This document shows positions 9,540 to 18,890 of a stretch of DNA of 64,000 bases, in pieces; position 1 is the stretch's first letter; every line of letters starts with the position of its first letter. A program made the position numbers and the translations under genes. Under the pieces are notes generated by a model. It was not told where the DNA came from. It was given only the letters and a program-made list of their open reading frames with translations, and made no database searches. This DNA comes from a virus (Duplodnaviria > Caudoviricetes): IMG/VR virus record IMGVR_UViG_3300025913_000019; one strand, written 5' to 3'.

Positions 9540-9780
9540 GATGGAGGTCTCACCCTGCACCATCGGGGCAGCCGTCTGCATCATCCTCCTGGCTGTCGCC
9601 GCAGTCCTCCATTGCCTCTGGCTCTGGCTGGCCCCTGAGCGAGCCCTGCAAGAGATCATCGAGCAGTACAGAGCCGACGACGGTTATCGCATCCCCAACC
9701 ACGAAGCCCAGCGCATCCTTGCCGGTCGGCGCCGGTGGATCACGATCCTGGCGTTGAGCCTCGTCTACTACATCGTCTGA
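9529..9780 (+). CDS. Small membrane protein
   Basis: Two hydrophobic stretches. Confidence 0.6.
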   Translation: MTHEMEVSPCTIGAAVCIILLAVAAVLHCLWLWLAPERALQEIIEQYRADDGYRIPNHEAQRILAGRRRWITILALSLVYYIV

Positions 9781-9787
9781 AAAGGAC

Positions 9788-10099
9788 ATGACCAACAAGA
9801 ACCCCTACCGTATGATCCGCCCTTGGGGCGTGTTCAAAGCACAATTCAAGCTCTTCATCCGAGGCCTGTGGGCGCCGTCCATCATCAAGATGGGTCGCAC
9901 CGTCACGTACTCGGAGACCAATGGCGTGGGCCCGCTCCTGACCAGCGTCCACTACGTCCAGATCGGCACCGAGAGCGGAGAGATCCTCTACCGGTCGCCC
10001 CACATGACGGCCAAGGACCGCGCGGAGTTCGTCCGTCGGACCGAAGCGATCCGTGACTACTACAACCGCAAGAACGAGCGAGGCACCTATGAATTCTGA
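9788..10099 (+). CDS. Hypothetical protein
   Basis: SD AAAGGA. Confidence 0.65.
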   Translation: MTNKNPYRMIRPWGVFKAQFKLFIRGLWAPSIIKMGRTVTYSETNGVGPLLTSVHYVQIGTESGEILYRSPHMTAKDRAEFVRRTEAIRDYYNRKNERGTYEF

Positions 10100-10499
10100 C
10101 ACCGGCATGATGACCGATCCCCGATCCATCAAGCGCGCCAATGCGCTGGGCGACATGCACGACGCGCTCCAAGCCGCGCTGCACGCGATGACCAAGTTCC
10201 TGGCGCTGGCCGATCTCTCGATCCCCGAGGTTAAGGCCAAGGCCGAGGCCATGGCGCTGCGCATGACGCAGCTCATCGACATCGCCGAGTCCACGTTCAG
10301 GAACCCGAACTTCGGCCGTGCCCGGAAGCCCAAGTTCCGCAACGACGGCCCGGTCGCCATGGTCGAAGAGGTGGTGGGTGGCGGAGTCCGACTCTACATC
10401 CACGGCGTCCTGATCCGCAGTGTCGGCTTCAACGAAGCGCCTGCGGTCCGTCGTCTCCGGGACATGGTCAACGAAGCCGCCCTGGCGGAGGCAGCATGA
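10089..10499 (+). CDS. Hypothetical protein
   Basis: SD GAGG; start refined. Confidence 0.65.
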   Translation: MNSDTGMMTDPRSIKRANALGDMHDALQAALHAMTKFLALADLSIPEVKAKAEAMALRMTQLIDIAESTFRNPNFGRARKPKFRNDGPVAMVEEVVGGGVRLYIHGVLIRSVGFNEAPAVRRLRDMVNEAALAEAA

Positions 10500-10858
10500 G
10501 CCACAAGACCTATCCGCGTTCGGGCCGCACGACGACGATGCTGACGGCAGCTCTCATGGCACACGACAAGGGCAAGGCTGTCTACGTCATCGGCATCGAT
10601 CATGCGCACGCCGAGTGGATGCGCGATGAAATGCGGGTCATCATGGAGCGCTTCGGCCGCAATCCGGTGGAGCGTGGCATCTCGAGTATCAAGTTCGAAT
10701 GTGAGTCCAGCCTGGCAGACAGCTTCGACTGGCGCACCGGCATACTCCACGGCGCTGCCAAGAACGTCGAGGTCTTCGTCGATCATTTCGCGCTCGAGTC
10801 GCACTTCTCGTGGGCCTTCCGCGAGGCCCATCGATTCGATCACCCGAAGGCGAACTGA
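10496..10858 (+). CDS. Hypothetical protein, degenerate P-loop-like N-terminus
   Basis: RSGRTTTML..KAVYVIG. Confidence 0.6.
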   Translation: MSHKTYPRSGRTTTMLTAALMAHDKGKAVYVIGIDHAHAEWMRDEMRVIMERFGRNPVERGISSIKFECESSLADSFDWRTGILHGAAKNVEVFVDHFALESHFSWAFREAHRFDHPKAN

Positions 10859-10859
10859 C

Positions 10860-11420
10860 ATGGGCATCGAACTCACCAACGACGACGGGTCTCCGATGGA
10901 CCCGCGGGTCAAGGCTGCTCTGTTCCAGGCCAAAGGATCGGCCGTCGGCGATCAGTACGGCGGACAAGCACCGTCGGACGATCACGAGACGGAGGCCCGC
11001 CGAGGACGCCTGCGAATCGCGATCCACAGCGCCTACAGGTCCCTGTGCAGAAGCATCGACGCCTACGGGTCCACCTTCCGAGGTGACGCCTTCAAGGCGC
11101 TCGAGCCCCTGATCGAACCGGCCGCGGCGCTGGAGCCTGTGCTCCGAAAGCACATCGTGGTCGACAGCGAGGATCAATGGCAAGCAGGCGGCCCCGTGGC
11201 CTGGGTAGCTCAACTGCCTAACAGGCCTGACGTCTGGTGCCTCGTCATCCACAACGTACCCGCTCGGTACCTCTTCAAGGACCGGCGTCTCAGTGGGCGC
11301 ATCGGTGGTGGTACTGACGAAGAGAAGTTCGAGAAGACGCTCGCGAGTCTCAAGCGCATCGCCAACGACATCAACAACGCAGCAGCAGAAGGCCGTCGAG
11401 GCGACGGCTACCGTTACTAG
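10860..11420 (+). CDS. Hypothetical protein
   Basis: TGACATG junction. Confidence 0.65.
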   Translation: MGIELTNDDGSPMDPRVKAALFQAKGSAVGDQYGGQAPSDDHETEARRGRLRIAIHSAYRSLCRSIDAYGSTFRGDAFKALEPLIEPAAALEPVLRKHIVVDSEDQWQAGGPVAWVAQLPNRPDVWCLVIHNVPARYLFKDRRLSGRIGGGTDEEKFEKTLASLKRIANDINNAAAEGRRGDGYRY

Positions 11421-11456
11421 ATCAACCACAACGTCTGACAGACTAGGAGTTAGAGA

Positions 11457-13517
11457 ATGGAATTCAAGCCTTTCAAGCAAGCCATCGCCGCGCAGTGGGC
11501 CCGTATGCAGGCCACCGGCAAGGTCTTCCTCACCGGCACGCCCAACGGCGACGAGAACGTCAAGGCCCGTGAGCGCGACCAGCTGTGGGAGCTGTACCTC
11601 GAGTCCTTCCCGGCGGGTACCAACCCGATCTACAAGACGCGCACGGACGCCGACTGCGCGTGCTGCCGCGCCTTCATCCGCACCATCGGCCTGGCTGTCT
11701 CCATCGTGGACGGCAAGCTCGTGTCCGTGTGGGACATCGGCCCCGACTGCGAAGGCGTCGAGCCCGGCTACTACGCGGTCGCGGCCGCCATGTCGAAGCA
11801 CGTCAAGGCGATGCTGCCGGTCGACATCTTCCTGCACTGGCAGAAGGGCGTCGGCACCGACACGTCGAAGAGCCTGACGGGTGACGGCCCGGTCACGGTG
11901 TGGGAGCACTTCCACGTCAACCTCGACCCCAAGTTCCGCCTCGACGAGGACAAGATCCCGACGCGCCAGTCGCAGGTGCGCCAGGCCCAGGCCGTACTCT
12001 ACCGCACGATGGAAGAGATCAGCCTGGACGTCTTCGAGACGGTGGACGAGCTGCTCGCGGTCGACAACCTCTACCGCGGCGAGGAGTTCAAGGACACCTT
12101 CCTGAAGCTCTACGAGGTGGCCAAGAGCTACGACAAGGTCGAGACGGATCGCGCCGGCGTCTACTTCACCTGGATCAAGGTCCTGGAGCTGGGCGAGCGC
12201 GTGACGAAGATGCGCAGCTCGGCCTTCGGCACGCTGCTGATCGATCTCAGCACGGGCATGGATCTCGAAGCGGCCGTGAAGCGCTACGAGGTCGTCATGG
12301 CGCCGACGAACTACCAACGTCCGCAGCCGCTCGTGACGAAGAAGCAGCTCAAGGCCGCGACCGAGAAGGTCGAGGAGCTGGGCTTCACGGGCTCCCTGGC
12401 CCGTCGCTTCGCCAAGCTGGACGACGTCAACGTCGGCAACCTGCTGTTCGTCGATCGCACGAGCCGCGTGAAGCTCGGTGGCAACCCGCTGGACGACCTG
12501 GAAGCGACGGCGACATCCAAGCCGAAGAACCTCGACCGCGTCGAAGAGATGCCGATCGGCGACTTCCTGTCCAACGTGCTGCCGCGTGCCCATCACATCG
12601 AGGTCATGCTCGAGAACCGGCACGCGTCCAACATGGCGGCGCTCATCACGGCGCAGGACCCGACGGCGCCGTCCCTGTTCAAGTGGGGCAACACGTTCAG
12701 CTGGGACTACCAGGGCGGCGTCGCCGACGCGATCAAGGAACGCGTCAAGAGCCGCGGCGGCTCGGTCGAGGGTGACCTGTGCTGCCGTCTCGCCTGGGAG
12801 TACACGGACGATCTCGACCTGCACATGGTCGAGCCGGGTGGCTTCCACATCTACTACCGGAACCGCAACAGCCCGATGGGCGGCCATCTCGACATCGACG
12901 CCAACGGCATGGACGGCCTCATCGAACACCCTGTGGAGAACATCTACTACCCGGACAAGGCCGCGATGCGGGAGGGCATCTACCGGCTGTCGGTCAACAA
13001 CTTCAACCGCCGCAGCATCGGCGTTGGCTTCATCGCCGAGATCGAATTCGGCGGCACCAAGTTCACCTTCGAGTATCCGAAGATGGTTCGCGACAACGAG
13101 ACCGTCGAGATCGCACAGATCAGGTACTCGAAGGCCAAGGGCTTCGAGATCATCGAGTCGCTCCCGCACTCCGAGACGGTAAAGGACGTGTGGGGCCTGA
13201 AGACGCAGAGCTGGCACAAGGTCAACGCCATCATGGTGAGTCCGAATCACTGGGACGGCGGTGCCGAAGGCAACAAGCACTGGTTCTTCATGCTCAACGG
13301 CGCGCGTCATCCCGGCTCGGCGCGCGGCTTCTACAACGAGTTCCTGACCCCGAAGCTGCGCGAGCACCGGCGCGCCTTCGAGCTGGCCGGTGCGAAGCTC
13401 AAGATCGAGGACACCAAGGACCAGCTGTCCGGCCTCGGCTTCAGCTCCACGCTGCCGGCCTCCGTCGTTGTCCGGGTCACCGGCAGCGTCACCCGCATGC
13501 TCCGCGTCGTCTTCTGA
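11457..13517 (+). CDS. Large phage protein with YfaP/DUF2135-like C-terminal domain
   Basis: RLAWEYTDDLDLHMVEPGG..GGHLDIDANG..ENIYY motif; N-terminal DCACC. Confidence 0.6.
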   Translation: MEFKPFKQAIAAQWARMQATGKVFLTGTPNGDENVKARERDQLWELYLESFPAGTNPIYKTRTDADCACCRAFIRTIGLAVSIVDGKLVSVWDIGPDCEGVEPGYYAVAAAMSKHVKAMLPVDIFLHWQKGVGTDTSKSLTGDGPVTVWEHFHVNLDPKFRLDEDKIPTRQSQVRQAQAVLYRTMEEISLDVFETVDELLAVDNLYRGEEFKDTFLKLYEVAKSYDKVETDRAGVYFTWIKVLELGERVTKMRSSAFGTLLIDLSTGMDLEAAVKRYEVVMAPTNYQRPQPLVTKKQLKAATEKVEELGFTGSLARRFAKLDDVNVGNLLFVDRTSRVKLGGNPLDDLEATATSKPKNLDRVEEMPIGDFLSNVLPRAHHIEVMLENRHASNMAALITAQDPTAPSLFKWGNTFSWDYQGGVADAIKERVKSRGGSVEGDLCCRLAWEYTDDLDLHMVEPGGFHIYYRNRNSPMGGHLDIDANGMDGLIEHPVENIYYPDKAAMREGIYRLSVNNFNRRSIGVGFIAEIEFGGTKFTFEYPKMVRDNETVEIAQIRYSKAKGFEIIESLPHSETVKDVWGLKTQSWHKVNAIMVSPNHWDGGAEGNKHWFFMLNGARHPGSARGFYNEFLTPKLREHRRAFELAGAKLKIEDTKDQLSGLGFSSTLPASVVVRVTGSVTRMLRVVF

Positions 13518-13571
13518 CGCGAGCTGCATCGCTCTTTTGTCTTCCCATTCATCAACGCTAGAGGAATTCAC

Positions 13572-14030
13572 GTGAACACGAACAGCAACATTTTCGAGCA
13601 AGCCACGCGCCAGCGCATCCGCTTCGAGACCGGCCGCGGCCTCGTCTCCATCGAAGAGGTGTGGGGCATGCCCCTGAAGCACGATCACCGCTACAGCCTG
13701 GACGACCTGGGCCGCGCACTCCTGACCGAGCAGAAGGAAGCCGAGCGCAAGTCGACGGCCAGCCTGGTCGACGACACGGCCGACAGCACCGAGGACTCCA
13801 CGCTCGAGCTGCGCCTCGCGCTCGTGAAGCACGTCATCGGCGTCAAGAAGGCGGAGGAAGCGGCGCGCAAGAACGAGAAGGCGGCCCGCCAGAACCGTCG
13901 CGACCTGCTCGACCTGCTGCACAACGCCGAGAACGCCGAGCGCGCGAACTGGACGCCGGACCAGATCAAGGCCAAGATCGCCGAGCTCGACCAGCAGCTG
14001 GGCGCCGAGTCCGAAGTCGCCGGCGAGTGA
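13572..14030 (+). CDS. Coiled-coil protein (partner of upstream gene)
   Basis: SD GAGGA; helical E/K/A-rich. Confidence 0.75.
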   Translation: MNTNSNIFEQATRQRIRFETGRGLVSIEEVWGMPLKHDHRYSLDDLGRALLTEQKEAERKSTASLVDDTADSTEDSTLELRLALVKHVIGVKKAEEAARKNEKAARQNRRDLLDLLHNAENAERANWTPDQIKAKIAELDQQLGAESEVAGE

Positions 14031-14197
14031 AGGCCGAGCCCCAGCTGCGTCTCAGGACGCAGCCCGTGGGCTCTGTGATGACGCGCGAGCGCGCGGCGGA
14101 AACGCTGTGGCTCGCGCGCCGTCACATCAAGCGCACCAACAACAAGCAAGGACGGGTGTATCGCATCAGCGACGCACTCGAGATCAACATCAACTGA
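14027..14197 (+). CDS. Small hypothetical protein
   Basis: GTGA overlap fills the gap. Confidence 0.45.
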   Translation: MKAEPQLRLRTQPVGSVMTRERAAETLWLARRHIKRTNNKQGRVYRISDALEININ

Positions 14198-14207
14198 AGG
14201 AGTCCTC

Positions 14208-15002
14208 ATGGACTTTGACATCGACGCGGTTGCCGCGCAGATCAAGGCCAAGTTCAAGAAGCGCATGTGGCTCGCGGGCCTCGCCGTCCTGATCTTGGCC
14301 CCGATCGCTGCGTGGGTCTTGACCGCGCTTCTCACGGCCGCGGCCATCGGTATCGTCTGCACCTTCCTCGCGGCGCTGTCGGTGGTGGTCATCAACGTCC
14401 TCCCCGCGTTCATGGACCGCATGGCCAACATGCGGATCAACCTGATCGTGGCAGAGGCGATGCGGAGCCCGATCCCGACGCTGCAGAACGACATCAACCA
14501 GGACAGGTCGGATCGCAACGAGGACAGCACGCTCATCACCGAGTACGAGAAGCGCATCCTCGCCATCCGGCAGCAGTTCCGCGCCCTGACTGCCGACCTC
14601 GGTCCGGCCGACATCATCGACTTCGAGCAGACGCTCAAGGAGATGGAGGACGACTGCGAAGGCATGAAGCAGGACCTGCAGGCAACCGACGCGCTGATCG
14701 AGGTGAAGGAGAAGCAGCTCCGTCGCCTCAGCGCATGGTGGGATCTCAACGGCGCCATCATCGACATCAAGGACAAGGTCGGGGCCCGCAAGGCCGGCGA
14801 GGCGATCCGCAAGATCAAGACCGACGCCGCTCTGAAGTCGGTGAACGACCAGCTGGCCGAAGCGCGTGCGAAGCTGCGTGAGCGCGTGCGCAATCGCAAG
14901 GACCCGAACTCGGTGCATCCGGCCCTCTCCAACAACCCCAGCCCGGCCGTCATCGAGCACATCGACACGCGCGCCGAGGCCATCGTCAAGGTGCAACGAT
15001 GA
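14208..15002 (+). CDS. Two-TM membrane protein with long coiled coil (PspA-like architecture)
   Basis: Two N-terminal hydrophobic helices, then heptad-rich region; SD AAGGAG. Confidence 0.7.
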   Translation: MDFDIDAVAAQIKAKFKKRMWLAGLAVLILAPIAAWVLTALLTAAAIGIVCTFLAALSVVVINVLPAFMDRMANMRINLIVAEAMRSPIPTLQNDINQDRSDRNEDSTLITEYEKRILAIRQQFRALTADLGPADIIDFEQTLKEMEDDCEGMKQDLQATDALIEVKEKQLRRLSAWWDLNGAIIDIKDKVGARKAGEAIRKIKTDAALKSVNDQLAEARAKLRERVRNRKDPNSVHPALSNNPSPAVIEHIDTRAEAIVKVQR

Positions 15003-15175
15003 AGGCATTCCGCATCACCCTGAGCGTGTTCGTGCTCGTCGTCCTGGCGGGCATCTACATGCTCTTCGCTCCCGCCAGCGGCGAACAGTCGGCAACCGAC
15101 AACTCGGGCCCTGCGTCCTCGCCGACGCAGAGCCAAAGCTCCGACTCCGGGTCCTACTCCGGCATCGGCAAGTGA
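14999..15175 (+). CDS. Small single-TM protein (58 aa, missing from ORF track)
   Basis: ATGA overlap; MKAFRITLSVFVLVVLAGIYMLFAP plus Ser-rich tail. Confidence 0.65.
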   Translation: MKAFRITLSVFVLVVLAGIYMLFAPASGEQSATDNSGPASSPTQSQSSDSGSYSGIGK

Positions 15176-15198
15176 AGTCCCCACTCCAAGGAACAACC

Positions 15199-16194
15199 AT
15201 GAAGCGTTTCTATTCCCTGAGCATCGCTCTCGTACTCGCGGCCTGCTCCGGCCTGGCCATGGCCGCTCCCTTCTCCATCGCGGGCGGCGGCGGTGCCAAG
15301 AACGGCAGCGTCTACTCGCAGGTCGTCGGCGACATCGCCGGCAAGTGCAGTACCGACGACGTGGCCATCGCCGAGACGCAGACCAGCGGCGGCGTGCAGA
15401 ACCTGCAGCTGCTGCAAGGCAACCAGGTGAAGGCCGCAATCGTGCCCTCCGATGTGCTGTTCGCGGCCAAGCTGGAGAACGCGAGCTCGGTGGCGCAGAT
15501 CAAGACCCTGTTCGGCCTGTACCCCGAGTCGGTGCATCTGATCGTCCGCGCCGACGCGAAGATCGAAGGCGGCACCCACATTTGGGGCACCAACAAGGTG
15601 ATCGGCGGCACCGATGTCGTGTTCAATCAGCCCGAGGACCTGAAGGGTCGTCCGGTGGGCGCCGTCGGTGGTTCCGTCGTCACGGCCAAGGTGCTGTCGT
15701 CGATGCTGAAGCTCGGCTTCGTCGTCAAGGAGTACGGATCGACCTCCGACCTGACGGCTGCGCTGACGAAGCACGAGGTGGACGCCATCATCATCGTCGC
15801 CGGCGCTCCGTCGGATGCGGTGAAGAAGATCCAGGGCAGCTTCAAGCTCCTGCCGATCCGCGGCAACAGCGACACGGCCGTGCTCTATCAGCCGACGAAG
15901 CTGGGCGGCTACCCGAACCTGGGCGGCGCCACGGTGGACACGGTCAGCGAGCAGGCCCTCATGGTGACGCGCCAGTGGAAGTCGCAGGCGATGATCGACC
16001 AGCTGTCGGCCCTGCGTTCCTGCTTCTACAAGTCGGTGCCGGAGATCCAGGACACGACGGGCACGCATCCCGTGTGGCAGCTGGTCGCCGGTGACGAGGC
16101 GGCCGACAAGAACGGCAAGTGGACGTGGTACGACCTGCCGTCGGACCAGAAGGTCGCAGCTCCGGCACCGGCCGCGAAGAAGGCGAAGAAGTAG
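15199..16194 (+). CDS. TAXI-family TRAP solute-binding-like protein
   Basis: Signal peptide; G..YSQ, TSGGVQNLQLL, LYPESVHLIVR, DLKGRPV.VG..GG, DAIIIVAGAP motifs. Confidence 0.8.
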   Translation: MKRFYSLSIALVLAACSGLAMAAPFSIAGGGGAKNGSVYSQVVGDIAGKCSTDDVAIAETQTSGGVQNLQLLQGNQVKAAIVPSDVLFAAKLENASSVAQIKTLFGLYPESVHLIVRADAKIEGGTHIWGTNKVIGGTDVVFNQPEDLKGRPVGAVGGSVVTAKVLSSMLKLGFVVKEYGSTSDLTAALTKHEVDAIIIVAGAPSDAVKKIQGSFKLLPIRGNSDTAVLYQPTKLGGYPNLGGATVDTVSEQALMVTRQWKSQAMIDQLSALRSCFYKSVPEIQDTTGTHPVWQLVAGDEAADKNGKWTWYDLPSDQKVAAPAPAAKKAKK

Positions 16195-16491
<297 letters not shown>

Positions 16492-16548
16492 GCCCTGGCA
16501 ACGGACAACGCAACTGATCCATTCACCAACCGATACGAAGGAAGAATC

Positions 16549-17238
16549 ATGGCACTGAACGAGAAGCAACGTCAACGCGCTCTGGAACGCAACCTGGCGA
16601 CCGTGACCGAGAGCCGCTACCGCCTCAACCGGCTGATGGCCGACATCGGCAAGCTCAAGAGCACGGCCGGCGTCTCCAAGGCCGAGGACATGATCCGCAA
16701 CCACGTGCGCAAGATCCGCGATGCGGCCGGCGCCATCGAGACCGAGCTGCTGGATCGCCACGCAGCGCGCTTCGACCTCATGTTCGAGAAGGAGCACAAG
16801 GAAGCGCGCGAGAGGCGCGAACGCGAGGCGGCCAAGGCTGCGAAGAAGGCCGAGAAGCTGAAGGCGAAGCCGAAGAAGGCTGCGAAGGTGGCCGCCAAGA
16901 CGGCGAAGAAGGCGGCGAAGATGGAGATCAAGGCCGCGAAGCCCGTCGCTGCGTTCCCGTTCCCTGCCGACCCGCCGGTGCAGCCCACGAAGCCGGCCAC
17001 CATCGAGCCCTCCAAGCCCATCAAGCCGAAGAAGGCGAAGACCCCGAGCACCAAGCCGTGGCCCAAGAAGAATCCGAAGCCGAGCGCGAAGGCCGTCAAG
17101 CCGAAGAAGGCGAAGTTCGACCACGACAAGATGGCCAACACGCTCGACCCGGGCTCGGCCATCGGCATCATGGCCGCGCGTCCCAGTTCGCACGACCTGC
17201 CGATGGGCAGCCTCCAGTCGGACGGCGGCGCCTACTGA
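16549..17238 (+). CDS. Histone H1-like Lys/Ala/Pro-rich protein
   Basis: Helical N-terminus, then AKKA/KPKK repeats. Confidence 0.6.
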   Translation: MALNEKQRQRALERNLATVTESRYRLNRLMADIGKLKSTAGVSKAEDMIRNHVRKIRDAAGAIETELLDRHAARFDLMFEKEHKEARERREREAAKAAKKAEKLKAKPKKAAKVAAKTAKKAAKMEIKAAKPVAAFPFPADPPVQPTKPATIEPSKPIKPKKAKTPSTKPWPKKNPKPSAKAVKPKKAKFDHDKMANTLDPGSAIGIMAARPSSHDLPMGSLQSDGGAY

Positions 17239-17249
17239 CCACAACCTGA

Positions 17250-17290
17250 CAGAGCGCCCGCCGGTTCACGCCTGCGGGCGCTCTGCTTTG
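17250..17290 (+). terminator. Intrinsic terminator-like hairpin
   Basis: CAGAGCGCCCGC/GCGGGCGCTCTG followed by CTTT. Confidence 0.6.
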
Positions 17291-17294
17291 AGGT

Positions 17295-17303
17295 ACGGTA
17301 AAT
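17295..17303 (+). promoter_or_regulatory. Candidate phage promoter motif ACGGTAAAT
   Basis: Intergenic, just after terminator. Confidence 0.55.
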
Positions 17304-17336
17304 AACGCATATCTTCAACCCTCAACGGAGTCCTTC

Positions 17337-17915
17337 GTGAGCACCATCCTTCTGCTCCTCATCAACCTCGGCATCGCCTGGTGGAACTGCTACGCGGTCG
17401 GGTCGGCGTGGCCCGAGACCAAGGCGGCTGGCGGCTTCACCCGTGTCCTCGCATGGTGCGGTGCGATCCAGTCTGCGGTCGGCTTCTCGATGGCCATCGG
17501 CGCCGTCGAGCTCTGCATCCTCAAGGCTACGGGGCATCTGCCTCCGCGCATCATGAACGGCGCGCTGAGCCTGTGGTACCTGCTCATCATCGTGCCCGTC
17601 ATCGGCTCCGGCCTCGCCATCACGATCCAGTCGTGGATCACCTTCTGGCGCGAGCGCACCATCGGCAATTTCGGCGTCACGGCCTGGAACACCTACGCGC
17701 AGCTGTCGAACATGTACCAGGCTATCGATGGCGTGGGCGCAGCCTTCAAGGGCGTCGGCGATCTCTTCTCCAGCAGCGACGAGGACGATGACTCGAGCTG
17801 GCAGATCGCTGTCGCACTCGTCGCCATCGCACTCCTGGGTGGCGTCCTCCTGACGCGTGCCCTCATCTTCCATTACGCGGGACGCCGGCCCTTGGTCCAG
17901 CGTCAGGCGGCATGA
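17337..17915 (+). CDS. Multi-pass membrane protein
   Basis: About 4 hydrophobic helices. Confidence 0.7.
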   Translation: MSTILLLLINLGIAWWNCYAVGSAWPETKAAGGFTRVLAWCGAIQSAVGFSMAIGAVELCILKATGHLPPRIMNGALSLWYLLIIVPVIGSGLAITIQSWITFWRERTIGNFGVTAWNTYAQLSNMYQAIDGVGAAFKGVGDLFSSSDEDDDSSWQIAVALVAIALLGGVLLTRALIFHYAGRRPLVQRQAA

Positions 17916-18091
17916 GCTCGAAGCGCGAACCCATCAAGTACAAGGACACGCTGGCGATGCCAGGCTCCGAGCTGTGGGAACTCCTCACGGCTGGCAAGAA
18001 GAAGGAGGCCGAAGCCTCCTATCAAGCCACGGAGCTGCGTCTCCAGCGCGCCTTGAAGATGGGCACCGAACCGAAGAAGGAGCAACCGTGA
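17912..18091 (+). CDS. Small hypothetical protein
   Basis: ATGA overlap; 59 aa. Confidence 0.55.
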   Translation: MSSKREPIKYKDTLAMPGSELWELLTAGKKKEAEASYQATELRLQRALKMGTEPKKEQP

Positions 18092-18579
18092 GCAACGAAA
18101 GCCTGTGGCCGCCGGGCGAACCCAAGAGCGAGAAGCTCTACCTCAACCCCAGCGAGATGGATGCCGCCATGCGTGGTCTCTTCACCAAGCTGGTGGCGCC
18201 GAGGCGTGGCTTCAAGCGCGACCTGCTGACGCTCGATCAGGCCATGGAGTTCGGCGGGGTCGCCTTCAACGCAGGAGTCGAGCCCTGGGTCAAGTACGAT
18301 CCGAACGTCGATCCACACTTTGTCTTCAAGCGCAGCCACGCCACCGACGGGACGCTGGCCCTAAGCCAGAAGTTCATGCTGGAGATGCTGCGTCCTCTGC
18401 TCGCGCGCTACATGTTCTACAAGCCTGAGCCGCTGCCCGAGGGCACGCTTCCGTTCTACACCGTGGGTCGCATCCGCGTCGCATCCGTGTTCGGTCGCGT
18501 CGAGCTCAAGGCCGGCACCTACCCAGGGATGCGGGAGTCGATCTCCATCCCTGTCCGTGTTCACCACAAAGGAATCTGA
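18088..18579 (+). CDS. Hypothetical protein
   Basis: GTGA overlap, SD AAGGAG. Confidence 0.65.
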   Translation: MSNESLWPPGEPKSEKLYLNPSEMDAAMRGLFTKLVAPRRGFKRDLLTLDQAMEFGGVAFNAGVEPWVKYDPNVDPHFVFKRSHATDGTLALSQKFMLEMLRPLLARYMFYKPEPLPEGTLPFYTVGRIRVASVFGRVELKAGTYPGMRESISIPVRVHHKGI

Positions 18580-18580
18580 C

Positions 18581-18883
18581 ATGAAGTCCATCGCATCCAC
18601 CCTGGCCGCGGCCATCCTGCTCGCAGCCATGAGCGCACACGCAGTCGTCGTGGTCCCGCACATCGTCGTCGCGCCTCACGTCACGGTCGTGCCGCACGTG
18701 TCGTCGCCTGCGGCCCATGTGGCTCCGGCTGCCCACGTCACGGAAGTCGCGCCTGCAGCTCACGCGACCGAGGCACCGAAGGCGGCGAGCCCGAAGCCCG
18801 CGCCCAAGGCTGTCACGGCCCCGATCATCGCTCACGCTTCGGTCGCGCACCCCGCTGCCAGCGCGGCGTCGGCCAAGAAGTGA
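18581..18883 (+). CDS. Secreted low-complexity V/P/H/A-rich protein
   Basis: Signal peptide ending AHA; VVPH/APAAH repeats. Confidence 0.65.
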   Translation: MKSIASTLAAAILLAAMSAHAVVVVPHIVVAPHVTVVPHVSSPAAHVAPAAHVTEVAPAAHATEAPKAASPKPAPKAVTAPIIAHASVAHPAASAASAKK

Positions 18884-18890
18884 GGACCTG

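Noticed and set aside
10689-13922. Very long minus-strand ORFs (also 13691-15439, 15154-17244, 43372-45570, 51977-54091, 54125-56569, 57423-59453)
   Set aside because: Antisense shadows of GC3-biased plus-strand genes; no SD, no motifs, V/R/L/G-skewed composition
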